This document shows, one piece after another, positions 19,987 through 29,444 of a stretch of 64,000 nt of DNA. The notes below the pieces were generated by a model that did not search any database, was not told where the DNA came from, and saw only the letters and a program-made list of their open reading frames with translations. How positions within the stretch are numbered: the first letter of the stretch is position 1; each line of letters opens with the position of its first letter. The DNA is taken from positions 248,001 to 312,000 of IMG/VR virus record IMGVR_UViG_3300009703_004110. The stretch is one strand, 5' to 3'. The translations under genes were made by a program, and so were the position numbers.

Positions 19987-20400
19987 CAGTTTGTCCAACC
20001 CAATCTTTGAACTTTTCTTCTCCGCCACGAATCCCCCCAATCAGAATCTACCGTTAATTTGGAGCTTATTCCACCCCCGTGGATTAAAGGTCATAACAAT
20101 TCTTAGTCTGTCTGGCTCATATACATTCATCATATCATCAAAGACAACATTAATTAAGCGCTCATAAGAAAGAACCTTATCTCTAAACTGATAAAAGTAT
20201 TCTTTCATTGATTTCAACTCTATCACCTTGTCTTTTGGATAAATTGTAATATACATATTGGCAAAGTCTGGTTGACCTCTTACGCCAAGAAATGTTACTT
20301 CTGGATTCTTAATCTTAATCTCATAGCCCATAGAAGATGGGTTTCTTATTGCCTTAAGAATACCTGGGTCGCTCCACACTCTTTTCTTTTTTGCCGTCAT
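19976..20400 (-). CDS. queF: QueF-like T-fold protein with two apparent extra G in G runs
   Basis: GQPDF, ELKSMKEY, SYE, NPRG(G)ISS; corrected C-terminus DSDWGIRGGEEKFKDWVGQTDEW. Confidence 0.75.
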
Positions 20401-20839
20401 CTGACCTCCGCTCTTCTTGATTATACAATCTTCTATAGCGAATAGTCAAAACATTTTTAATATGAGTTCTTACCTTCTCTGATACATCGATCTTATCAAT
20501 GATATCCCAAAAATCATTCTTGGTCAATCCCATCACGTATCGGCGCGTTTTATTACTTTCCATCTTTTCCAATTCAACCATTAAATTGTTAAATCGGTTT
20601 ATCAAACGCCCAGCTTTATTTGCTAAATACGGATCATTTATTTCATTTAGAATTCTAGCTAAATTAACTTCTGCTCTTGCATTACCAAAAGTATAGTCCT
20701 CAAGACTTACTCTGTCCTGATCTAGGCTTTCTAATTCTTGCAAGCAGTCCTCGCAGGAAATAGCCGATTCTATATCGGTCCATTTCCCACGAACATGAGT
20801 TGCTCCGCAGAGTATCCTCCCCTGTATTACATAATGCAT
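20354..20839 (-). CDS. Hypothetical protein
   Basis: ORF with N-terminal H/C Zn-like motif. Confidence 0.55.
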   Translation of the reverse strand: MHYVIQGRILCGATHVRGKWTDIESAISCEDCLQELESLDQDRVSLEDYTFGNARAEVNLARILNEINDPYLANKAGRLINRFNNLMVELEKMESNKTRRYVMGLTKNDFWDIIDKIDVSEKVRTHIKNVLTIRYRRLYNQEERRSDDGKKEKSVERPRYS

Positions 20840-20992
20840 TAAACCTTTCCTTAGAGCTTAATAGAGCATACAAACAATCGCCGCATAACTCGCAATCCTT
20901 ATACTTCCATAAGTCTCTGGTTCTATAGACACAAGGACTGCCGCCTATATTAATCGAGCAAAACATGGGTATAGGGCTATCAGGATCTTCTG

Positions 20993-21018
20993 ATATATAT
21001 ATATATATATATATATAT
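20993..21018. repeat. (AT)13 dinucleotide run
   Basis: Read directly; lies in the 5' end of ORF 20700..21023. Confidence 0.9.
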
Positions 21019-21039
21019 GCCATATACCGTTATAGCCCT

Positions 21040-23724
21040 TTACCCATCCAAAGTTGAAAGACAACGCTTGCATGTTCCATCCGAAAGATCAGAGTATCTC
21101 CAGCACTTGTCACACTTCTCACCTTGATGCCTGCCTACCTTTACTGAGAACTCATGCGAAGCTCCGCCCCAAACATTGATACCCGAAACAATAAAAGCTT
21201 CTGTTAAATCTACATGCTTGGAATAAACAGCTTTTTCGATTTCGCAAGGAGGATCGTTAACCGGAAGGTATAGTGTTACATCCGCCTCTAGAGACTTATT
21301 AAGAACTCCATTAGCTCGTGCCTTTTCAACTTCTTTATTAACAACTTCTCTCATTTCAAAGATTGCATTCCACCTTGGCACAAGTGCCGCATCAAGGTGA
21401 GTATCTTCAGCCTCAGCCCATCCCGCCTGGAACACAGAGTCCCCAAGAAACATCGAACCAAACGTATCCATTTCTGCCCAAACTTCTTCAGATAGATACG
21501 AACATACTGGCGCGATCATTCTAACCATATCCTGTAGGTAATAACAAAATACAGTCTGGACAGATCTACGCGCTACACTATCTGATCTTTCGACATACAA
21601 CCTGTCTTTTGTGATATCCAGATAGAAGGCAGATAGTTTTTGGCGAATAAAATCCATAAGATCACGGTATGCACCATAGAAGTCATATTCGTCATAAGCC
21701 TGGTTAAAGCGTACTTTCAACTCTTCCAACTCATGAAGCATATATCTATCAACTTCATGCATATCTTCTAATGCAACGGAATCTGTTTCGAAATTGAAAT
21801 CGGATAAGTTACCAAGAAAGAACCTGAATGTATTACGAAGTCTTCTATAATTTTCATTAACCTGATTTAGAATTTCATCAGAGATTCTTACGTCAGTTTT
21901 GTAATCTACAGATACTGTCCATAATCTAAGTACGTCTTTATTGTACCTGCTAACAACATCGTCTGGAGAGACCACATTCCCAAGAGACTTACTCATCTTA
22001 CGACCCTTACCATCAACAACAAATCCATGAGTTACAACGGCCTTGTATGGAAGCTCACTATCGCTTGCTACCGCAGTTAGTAAGGAGGTTTGGAACCAGC
22101 CACGATATTGATCGTGACCTTCTAGATATAAGTCTGCATTTGATTTGCCAACTGCTCGGTGTGATACACCAGAGTCGAACCAAACGTCCATGATATCCGT
22201 CTCTTTTTTGAGTGAATCTACAAGTGGGTTACCACGTAGATCATACTCTAAACCAAGGGATAATCTTTCTCCAAGTAATTCTCTTGGTGACCAAGTAAAC
22301 CATACCTCTGTGCCATACTCTTCAAATACTTCGAGCAATCGCGCAAAGATTCTTTGATTATAAAGAGGCTGACCATCGTGATAAAAGACAGGGATTGGTA
22401 CGCCCCAAGCTCTTTGTCGAGAGATACACCAGTCCGGTCTACCAAGAATCATCCCGATCATCTTATCTCTGCCATGGGGCGGATAAAATTCAACTTCTTT
22501 AAGCGAAGCCAATGCCATCACTTCTAAAGTATCTTCTACCTTAACAAACCACTGATTGGTAACTCGAAAAACGATTGGCTTCTTCGTTCTCCAATCATGT
22601 GGATATGAGTGAGTAAAGTCTTCTTCATAGAGGACCGCATTTAGAGACGCACGCACGCGCTTGTCTGCCTTCATATAGAAGTCGCCAGCATATACTCCGG
22701 CGAGATCATTATAGTGACCTCTTTCATCTAAGATGCAATCACTTCCTAATCCGTGTTCTTGTCCGATCCAATAGTCATCTTCACCGTGTCCGGGAGCGAT
22801 ATGAACCAATCCGGTCCCCATTGAGTCGGTAACATGATGCCCAACTACAACAGGACATAGTTCGTTAGAGAATGGATGATAGTATTCTAAGCCTTCAAAG
22901 TCAGTAAATGGCTTTGTACGATAAGAATCTATTTCAAGCTTATCTACAAACTCTGTATAAAGGGCCCTCGCCAATACGTAACTTCTTCCATCATCCAATG
23001 TAAGCAATACGTATGGAACGTCTTTGCCATAAGCAACCGCTCTATTGGCCGGAAGAGTCCATGGTGTTGTAGTCCAGATTACCAGCTTAACTCTTGCAGT
23101 AGTTTCCAACTCGACATAAACCGCCTTAGCGGTCACGTCCTTATATTCAAGCTCTGCTTCAGCTAATGCCGTTTCAGAAGATGGCGACCAATAAACAGGA
23201 CGCTTACCTCTGTAAACATATCCGTTACGAAACATTTCATTAAAAACTCTAAGCTGCTCTCGCTTATATTCTTCATCTAATGTTTCGTATCTATGATCCC
23301 AATCAGCATGGATACCTAAGCTTTGAAACTGACGCTCTTGTTCGTCAACCCACTTACGAGCATACTTCCGGCAAGCAGCACGGACACTACTTCCGCTACT
23401 ATCTGTGGCCTCTTCCGATGCCTTTAGTTCGATTGGAAGTCCGTGAGTATCCCACCCAGGAACAAACGGTGCATTATAACCCTGCATTCTCTTTCGCTTT
23501 AAGATTGCGTCCTTAAGAACCTTATTTAAAGCGTGGCCGATATGGATATTTCCATTGGCATATGGAGGGCCGTCATGTAGGATAAATGACTCCCCGTCTT
23601 TGTTTAATGAGAGATCATAAACTTCTTGTTCGCCCCATAACTCTTCGGTATCAGAAAAGCTCTGATCGCTTGGACGCATCCCAAAGTCTGTCTTAGGAAG
23701 ATTTAGTTTGTGCTTCTTTGACAT
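21040..23724 (-). CDS. ileS: Isoleucyl-tRNA synthetase (type 1)
   Basis: DGPPYANGNIHIGH, WTTTPWTLPAN, DWCISRQR, KMSKS, C-terminal Zn finger. Confidence 0.97.
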   Translation of the reverse strand: MSKKHKLNLPKTDFGMRPSDQSFSDTEELWGEQEVYDLSLNKDGESFILHDGPPYANGNIHIGHALNKVLKDAILKRKRMQGYNAPFVPGWDTHGLPIELKASEEATDSSGSSVRAACRKYARKWVDEQERQFQSLGIHADWDHRYETLDEEYKREQLRVFNEMFRNGYVYRGKRPVYWSPSSETALAEAELEYKDVTAKAVYVELETTARVKLVIWTTTPWTLPANRAVAYGKDVPYVLLTLDDGRSYVLARALYTEFVDKLEIDSYRTKPFTDFEGLEYYHPFSNELCPVVVGHHVTDSMGTGLVHIAPGHGEDDYWIGQEHGLGSDCILDERGHYNDLAGVYAGDFYMKADKRVRASLNAVLYEEDFTHSYPHDWRTKKPIVFRVTNQWFVKVEDTLEVMALASLKEVEFYPPHGRDKMIGMILGRPDWCISRQRAWGVPIPVFYHDGQPLYNQRIFARLLEVFEEYGTEVWFTWSPRELLGERLSLGLEYDLRGNPLVDSLKKETDIMDVWFDSGVSHRAVGKSNADLYLEGHDQYRGWFQTSLLTAVASDSELPYKAVVTHGFVVDGKGRKMSKSLGNVVSPDDVVSRYNKDVLRLWTVSVDYKTDVRISDEILNQVNENYRRLRNTFRFFLGNLSDFNFETDSVALEDMHEVDRYMLHELEELKVRFNQAYDEYDFYGAYRDLMDFIRQKLSAFYLDITKDRLYVERSDSVARRSVQTVFCYYLQDMVRMIAPVCSYLSEEVWAEMDTFGSMFLGDSVFQAGWAEAEDTHLDAALVPRWNAIFEMREVVNKEVEKARANGVLNKSLEADVTLYLPVNDPPCEIEKAVYSKHVDLTEAFIVSGINVWGGASHEFSVKVGRHQGEKCDKCWRYSDLSDGTCKRCLSTLDG

Positions 23725-24244
23725 GCTTTCTCTCTTTTACTTTCTTTCGTTTTAATTTTCCGAGAGCCGATTTATTAGGAACAGATATCATCTGTTCTTC
23801 ATCAATCTGGTCACCAAAAGAATAGTCTGCTGGTATAGCATTACACCAACTTACTTCTTTCTCGGCAATGCGATTCCATCTTTTGACCTTTATTAAGTCG
23901 CCATGTTCTGCACCACGTACTTGCTCTATGTTTTCGAAAAGTCTGGTAATTCTATCTGAATTTAATGCAAATATAGGATCATTCAAAATTACCACGGAGG
24001 CGTTTGTACCCTCTCTGACCATATGCTTTGAGCCGTACCACCCATTATATGTAACAGTGTGAACACAATGCGAATAGTTCGAGCCGGCACCCTTGGTGAT
24101 AGAGGTGACAACGCCGACATACATATTTCGCTCGCCCTGCCCCGCCTTGCTATAGGCAATTACCTGTCCTCTGACAAGCTCATTCCCCATTATATCAAGT
24201 ACAGGTTTCTCTGAGTTTACTAGTTCATATATTTCATCACTCAT
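23693..24244 (-). CDS. Hypothetical protein, SH3-like N-terminus
   Basis: DIMGNELVRGQVIAY; similar to 29445..29792. Confidence 0.6.
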   Translation of the reverse strand: MSDEIYELVNSEKPVLDIMGNELVRGQVIAYSKAGQGERNMYVGVVTSITKGAGSNYSHCVHTVTYNGWYGSKHMVREGTNASVVILNDPIFALNSDRITRLFENIEQVRGAEHGDLIKVKRWNRIAEKEVSWCNAIPADYSFGDQIDEEQMISVPNKSALGKLKRKKVKERKHVKEAQTKSS

Positions 24245-24295
24245 TTATATATTACCCTCAGCTTTTTCTTTTTATGTCAGGTTTATATTCTCAAA

Positions 24296-24477
24296 TGGTA
24301 GGGGTTAGAAGACTCGAACTTCTTTGCGCCATAATAGTCCAACTCCAACTTCATGTTGCATATCGATCGCTTTGCAACTTCCATTCTTGCTGAAAACGAG
24401 CCGCCACATCACCCGTTCCTAGGTTGGGTATTGCGCACACTCTTATGGTTCGTTTTACACATATAAACTAAACCCCT
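24296..24477 (-). ncRNA. tRNA-like RNA with an insert of about 100 nt replacing the anticodon loop
   Basis: AGGGGUU/AACCCCU-A-CCA, D stem GUUU/AAAC, T arm AGAAG-UUCGAGU-CUUCU, CCAUAA/UUAUGG stem. Confidence 0.75.
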
Positions 24478-24480
24478 CAA

Positions 24481-24555
24481 TGGAGCGGATAACTGGATTC
24501 GAACCAGCGACATTTACGTTGGCAACGTAATGCTCTACCACTGAGCTATATCCGC
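24481..24555 (-). tRNA. tRNA-Gly(GCC)
   Basis: Canonical cloverleaf, U73, CCA. Confidence 0.95.
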
Positions 24556-24841
24556 AAATGGGCCAGTCCTCATTTCTTTTTAAGTCTGACTCACCGCCTT
24601 CTTAAAATACCAGATTAGCAGTATTCTAAGCAATTTGTTCTGGCCGCAACCCAGAACACCGCCTTTAGTAATAATTTGTCCACTCCTGATCAAATTGGTG
24701 GGACACCGCCTTTTAAATTACAATACATATGTGAGGAAGATGTATCATGCGATTGGTTCATCGACAACGCTTTTTTAGCTGGCCTTGAACACACCGTCTA
24801 TAAAAATATTAGCTTATCACATGACACACCTTCCTGTTTTA

Positions 24842-26020
24842 TTACTCTACAATACTGGTAACGTAACCGGCGCCGACAGTCTTGCCTCCCTCACGAATGG
24901 CAAAACGCATCTGCTCTTCCATACCAACAGGCTTCTGTAGACGGAAAGTAATATCCGCACGATCACCTGGGTTTACGATACCCACCTCTCCTACATCAAT
25001 AGTACCAGTTACATCAGTAGTTCCGAAGAAAAACTGAGGACTGTAACCAGTTCCGAATGGACGGTGACGGCCGCCCTCGTCCTTAGTAAGAACAAGAACG
25101 TGAGCAGTTGCCTCAATGTGAGGAACAATAGCACCAGGAGCAGTAATTACCTGACCTCTCTGGACGCCATCACGCTTCACACCACGAAGTAATAGACCAA
25201 CGTTCATACCAGCTACTGCTGCATCAACATCCTTGTGGAAAGCCTGAGTACCAGTTACCACAGTGTCTTCGCCTTCGCTGTCAAGACCAACGATCTCAAC
25301 CTTATCACCAACCCGTAGGGTTCCTCTTTCTACCTTGCCAGTAACTACGGTTCCACGACCCTTGATGTTAAATACATCTTCAATAGGCATCATGAAAGGA
25401 GAGTCATAGTCACGAGTAGGCTCAGGAATAGCATCCAAAGCTGTTACCAACTCTGTAATACAATTCAAAGCCTCGGCCTCGGCGTCTCCGGCGAGTGCGG
25501 CATTAAGAGCTTGTAGAGCGCTACCAAAGATAAAGGCCACATTGGTGTAACCATTGGACTCCAGTTGCTCTTCCACTTCCATCTCAACTAACTCAAGTAA
25601 CTCAGGATCAGCTACGTCACACTTGTTAACGAAAACAACCATGTGCTCAACGCCGACCTGACGAGCCAATAGAATGTGCTCAACGGTCTGCTTCTGTGGT
25701 CCTTGAGAACCATCGACAAGCAAGATTGCTCCATCCATCTGAGACGCGCCAGTAATCATGTTCTTGATATAGTCAGCGTGACCCGGACAGTCAATGTGTG
25801 CATAGTGACGAGTGTCACTCTCGTATTCTACGTGAGAGGTATTAATGGTAATACCACGCTCCCTCTCTTCTTTGGCATTGTCAATCTCATCAAAAGACTT
25901 AGCCTTGCTTCCCTGCAATACTGCCTGTACCTGAGTAATAGCAGCAGTTAGAGTAGTCTTACCATGATCAACGTGGCCGATGGTTCCTACATTTATATGG
26001 CACTTAGATTCTGTACTCAT
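24842..26020 (-). CDS. tuf: Elongation factor Tu (divergent)
   Basis: [37 protein letters not shown]; SD-supported start MSTESK. Confidence 0.96.
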   Translation of the reverse strand: MSTESKCHINVGTIGHVDHGKTTLTAAITQVQAVLQGSKAKSFDEIDNAKEERERGITINTSHVEYESDTRHYAHIDCPGHADYIKNMITGASQMDGAILLVDGSQGPQKQTVEHILLARQVGVEHMVVFVNKCDVADPELLELVEMEVEEQLESNGYTNVAFIFGSALQALNAALAGDAEAEALNCITELVTALDAIPEPTRDYDSPFMMPIEDVFNIKGRGTVVTGKVERGTLRVGDKVEIVGLDSEGEDTVVTGTQAFHKDVDAAVAGMNVGLLLRGVKRDGVQRGQVITAPGAIVPHIEATAHVLVLTKDEGGRHRPFGTGYSPQFFFGTTDVTGTIDVGEVGIVNPGDRADITFRLQKPVGMEEQMRFAIREGGKTVGAGYVTSIVE

Positions 26021-26586
26021 TTTATTTTCCCTCTTTCTATTGTTGTATATGAAATAATTTTTTTCATATGTTGAATCCACTCATCAAATGAATGAGAGCG
26101 CTTCATATAGTTGCAAGTTTTGCAACATATTTTAATATTGCTTAATACATACCCAACATCATTATTGGGTCTGTCAAGCCCTATTGTATCTATTTTTGAA
26201 CCACAATATTCGCATGGTTTTTGCCACAAAGATTTAAACTCAATAAAAGATATACCAAATTTATATCCACGTCTTTCAGCTTCGTTTTTATAAATAGTGT
26301 ATTTACTGACCGGCGAATATCTGTGCCTATCTTTGCACGGTTTACAGTTGGGGTGATACCCATCCTTTCTGCTTGCTAATTTGTGATATTCAGCAATCGG
26401 TTTTTTAACATTACAATGCCCACAAACTTTTTCTGTTATAGCGGGCTTTGCCTTTGTTTTCATTTCTGATTGAATTTTCTTTACGCAGTCCTTACATCTG
26501 GCCATCACACCCAATCGGCAAGTCTTGTTTTTATAAAACTCTGAAAGCTCTTTCACCTTACTACACTTAGTACATGTTTTCGTCAT
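26017..26586 (-). CDS. His-Me finger (HNH-like) homing endonuclease
   Basis: Repeated CxxC motifs; CEYCG...[10 protein letters not shown]...N...CC.TCN. Confidence 0.85.
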   Translation of the reverse strand: MTKTCTKCSKVKELSEFYKNKTCRLGVMARCKDCVKKIQSEMKTKAKPAITEKVCGHCNVKKPIAEYHKLASRKDGYHPNCKPCKDRHRYSPVSKYTIYKNEAERRGYKFGISFIEFKSLWQKPCEYCGSKIDTIGLDRPNNDVGYVLSNIKICCKTCNYMKRSHSFDEWIQHMKKIISYTTIERGKIK

Positions 26587-26628
26587 AATATATTCTCCTA
26601 TAACGATTGTACCAAATAACTTTAGGAA

Positions 26629-26898
26629 CTATTGATTAATTTTAATCCCAAAATCTTGATCATTCTCTGAGGCTTTTAAGATCTCTATGAATGCATCAAT
26701 ATCTTCTTTACTAGGTGTATAGTCATCGCTACCAATATTTACAACAGTCACAGAAGATAAGTCCATAAGTGCGGCTAGTAAAATTTTTTCTCTAAGTGGG
26801 ACACCATTACCATCTGTGTACGGTGAAGCTCTAGACCAGATGCGATCACCTGTCGCATCAAGCCTTCTGCTGATTTCACATACATTCCGGTCTAACAC
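26629..26898 (-). CDS. Hypothetical protein
   Basis: ORF; start uncertain. Confidence 0.45.
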   Translation of the reverse strand: MLDRNVCEISRRLDATGDRIWSRASPYTDGNGVPLREKILLAALMDLSSVTVVNIGSDDYTPSKEDIDAFIEILKASENDQDFGIKINQ

Positions 26899-27033
26899 GT
26901 CAGAATATATTAGATATAGAATTGTTAGTGACGACTATTCGTGCAGGCATATCATTGACCTGCCCTTCCCAGATAACTTTCGGATATTCGCTCATTATCT
27001 CTCCATATAAATAATCCTAACATAGCTTTTTAA

Positions 27034-27115
27034 GACTACATCAGGACATTGAATCAAGACCTCTCCATTACTAGATAGACAACGCTAACCAACTCAGCGC
27101 AAAAGAGTGTAAGTC
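27034..27115 (-). pseudogene. Degenerate tRNA remnant (Thr-AGT-like)
   Basis: GCTGAGTTGGTTAGC D arm, CTAGTAA loop, eroded T arm. Confidence 0.3.
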
Positions 27116-27142
27116 TATAGTGGGTATTTCTACCGTCTTGAA

Positions 27143-27254
27143 TGAAGTCACCAAAGGGACTCGAACCCTCGATCTCAAACGGGGGAGGTCCACCCATCGA
27201 TCGCGCCCAACCAATAGCCCCTTCCTCTCAGGACTAAAGACACCTGCTGATGAC
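27143..27254 (-). ncRNA. Expanded tRNA-like RNA (about 112 nt)
   Basis: GUCAUCA/UGGUGAC stem, GAGGG-UUCGAGU-CCCUU T arm, long G/C-rich arm; ends UCA. Confidence 0.55.
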
Positions 27255-27262
27255 ATAAAAAT

Positions 27263-27389
27263 AGGGTGCGTTTTGTTGTAACGGTGTCCTACCATTAGAC
27301 GATCACCCCATAAGATGGTGGGGCGAGTGGGATTCGAACCACACATTACCGGCTTTTCATGCTTAACTTTGGATTGCTGTTTACACCCT
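27263..27389 (-). ncRNA. Circularly permuted tRNA-like RNA (YrlA-type Y RNA-like)
   Basis: Order T arm, 3' acceptor strand, CCA, 6-nt linker, 5' acceptor strand, D arm; closed by AGGGUGU/GCACCCU. Confidence 0.75.
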
Positions 27390-27391
27390 TA

Positions 27392-27467
27392 TGGCGGACT
27401 GTGGGGGTTACGATCCCCGTACTTCAGCGTGACAGGCCGATGTGTTACCAATTACACCACACAGTCC
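27392..27467 (-). tRNA. tRNA-Asp(GTC), 8/4 fold
   Basis: 8-bp acceptor GGACTGTG/CACAGTCC, 4-bp T stem, T loop ATCGTAA, G73. Confidence 0.85.
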
Positions 27468-27684
27468 ATATTATCTTGCGCCTATTAATTTTTCAATACA
27501 GGCTTCTAACTCTTCTTCTTTCATCTTTTTAATGCCATGTTGTGTTCCTTGGGAGTATCTCCCAAGCGACGATCCCATTTGCAATGAGCCATATCACAAC
27601 CATGATAACAAAAGCTATCAGAGCATGGTCCCATCCACTTATCTCGTTCTTCTGAGACTATCTTATATTGTTCAGATGGGAACT

Positions 27685-28050
27685 TCATATGTTCTCCTTA
27701 ATTTGAAATAATGCATTTATCCATTCCGGTGTAATACCCCTAGAGAATACTACCCATCCTATGACATTATCTTCATCAATTAAAGCTCTCGCTTCTTCCA
27801 TTGATTTACCAGTTGTTAAAACATCATCAACTATTAAAAAAGGCAACTTTGAATTTTCAGGTATAACATGAGCCTTTGCTAATGGTGTACCACCAGTTGG
27901 TACCCCATATACGCCTCTAAAGTTTTGATACTCGGAAATCATATATGCCAAAGTTTTCCAATCTTCATCAGTTAGGGCATCACACTCTATCTTCCAGCCA
28001 GCTAAACGTCCGGCATATGTAGTAAACTTTTTTCTTTCAAAGAGCGGCAT
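27685..28050 (-). CDS. Type I phosphoribosyltransferase (orotate PRT-like)
   Basis: WKIECDAL, GVPTGG, LIVDDVLTTGKSM. Confidence 0.85.
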   Translation of the reverse strand: MPLFERKKFTTYAGRLAGWKIECDALTDEDWKTLAYMISEYQNFRGVYGVPTGGTPLAKAHVIPENSKLPFLIVDDVLTTGKSMEEARALIDEDNVIGWVVFSRGITPEWINALFQIKENI

Positions 28051-28348
28051 TTAGTCTTTCTCTCCAACCAACTACAAATTCTTCTCCGTATGTATCACGA
28101 ATAATAAACTCCAATTTATTGATTGTTCGATCAAGCTTCCAATTATGCTTAGTAGCATTTTTCAGAAAATGAATCCAGTCTGGCATCATACCGTGTTCTT
28201 TTAGGGACCATACAATTGTTTCGAGATCAATCCCTTTCTCGCTTACAAATCTAAATGCGCCTCTTACAATCTTTATACCGTCGTCAGTTTCGCCCACAAT
28301 TTCAAAATGAGGCTTTGTCTTTTTCTTTCTACCCATGACGACCCCCAA
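28037..28348 (-). CDS. Hypothetical protein resembling an AlaRS helical subdomain
   Basis: AFRFVSEKGIDLE resembles AF.L....G.P.D. Confidence 0.45.
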   Translation of the reverse strand: MGVVMGRKKKTKPHFEIVGETDDGIKIVRGAFRFVSEKGIDLETIVWSLKEHGMMPDWIHFLKNATKHNWKLDRTINKLEFIIRDTYGEEFVVGWRERLNAAL

Positions 28349-28412
28349 GGATCGTACTTTGGATAGAGGTTAGGCTGCTTCCCGCTGTGTCATAACTTCT
28401 CCCTATCTAAAA

Positions 28413-28530
28413 TTTTAGTCGCCAAAAACTCCCGGGCTTCTGTCGTGGCGGTCGATGCTGGGTCTCTCACCCATCCAATTGAATCCCTTAATTTACCCCG
28501 GTAATGAGCACCTGCTTTCGCAGACTAAAA
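28413..28530 (-). ncRNA. Unclassified structured RNA candidate
   Basis: 8-bp closing stem, UGC-GAAA-GCA, UGGGUGAGAGACCCA T-loop-like hairpin. Confidence 0.45.
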
Positions 28531-28605
28531 TGGTAGCCGATGACGGATTCGAACCGCCGACCTTCGCTTTGTAAAAGCGACACTCTCCCGCTGAGTTAAT
28601 CGGCC
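28531..28605 (-). tRNA. tRNA-Val(TAC)
   Basis: Loop TTTACAA, CCA. Confidence 0.9.
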
Positions 28606-28654
28606 AGATACCATGATTTCTATTTCTACTAATAATACCAAAAGAAAGCAATTT

Positions 28655-29410
28655 TTAATTATCTATTTTTTCTTGGCCCCAATACCATGTGCTATGCGAC
28701 TCTGCCTTGAACCGCTCTTTGCTTTTGCTATTTATATGATTAATTCTTTCGTTGTATAGATATTCTAAGTAACCCTTTGGATCTCTTCGACTATTATAAC
28801 TTCTACCGGTAGTAGAAACTTTAGTAATGCCGCCTAGAACCATTGGCAAAACATTTTCTGGACAATTATTTATTGTATAGGTTATTACCTCTACGTTTTT
28901 TGATCTTGCAATAATATCCCATGCGCTGCCAGGAAGGTTGCCGGCTGCTAAGTTTCTATGAACCCAATCGCCATTACTTCCTGATGTAGCGTACGTCTTT
29001 ATATAATATAGCTTACCCGAATCTGGTAGCAAATCTTTATCTAACGCCCTTATTGCAACACCCTTTCTAAACTCGGAAGAAAAGCCAAAGCCTCTCTTCT
29101 TTGCCGCAAGGAATAGCTTATCCAAATAAGCCCTACAAACATCGGGATGAGAATCTAGCATTCTTGAGAACATATCTAAGAATAGCCGCGAAGCACCATA
29201 GTGACCAGTGTCAGCTAGTAAGCCCTTGCGAATTAGAAAGTCTACACCAGGATCTTCTGGAACTTTCCAATCATGCTTTAAGCTAATTTCCTTAGGAAAA
29301 GAATCAGTTAGTATCTTTGCGTCTTTCATCTCTCTAATGCCGATCATTAAGACCGCATTTATATTATCTAACTGATCTTGCGTTAATTCAATAGATATTT
29401 TATCAGACAT
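28655..29410 (-). CDS. Hypothetical helical protein (paralog family)
   Basis: CPENVLPMVLG motif. Confidence 0.65.
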   Translation of the reverse strand: MSDKISIELTQDQLDNINAVLMIGIREMKDAKILTDSFPKEISLKHDWKVPEDPGVDFLIRKGLLADTGHYGASRLFLDMFSRMLDSHPDVCRAYLDKLFLAAKKRGFGFSSEFRKGVAIRALDKDLLPDSGKLYYIKTYATSGSNGDWVHRNLAAGNLPGSAWDIIARSKNVEVITYTINNCPENVLPMVLGGITKVSTTGRSYNSRRDPKGYLEYLYNERINHINSKSKERFKAESHSTWYWGQEKIDN

Positions 29411-29444
29411 TCTTCCTCTTGTTATTCGGCTAATATGCCGAGCC

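Noticed and set aside
20030-20080. Phase variation in queF G tracts
   Set aside because: Runs are only 5-6 nt and fit the window-wide homopolymer error pattern; reads are needed.
20993-21018. (AT)13 as a functional contingency locus
   Set aside because: A single isolated microsatellite; it cannot be told apart from an assembly artefact.
24296-24477. Canonical tmRNA or group I intron
   Set aside because: No G3:U70, a D stem is present, it is too short, and there is no convincing tag ORF or P7 core.
24559-24841. CRISPR array
   Set aside because: The repeat is only about 9 nt, spacing is irregular and there are no cas genes.
28358-28411. SRP (4.5S) RNA
   Set aside because: Only GGAAGCAGC matches; the CAGG strand and GNRA-capped stem are missing.
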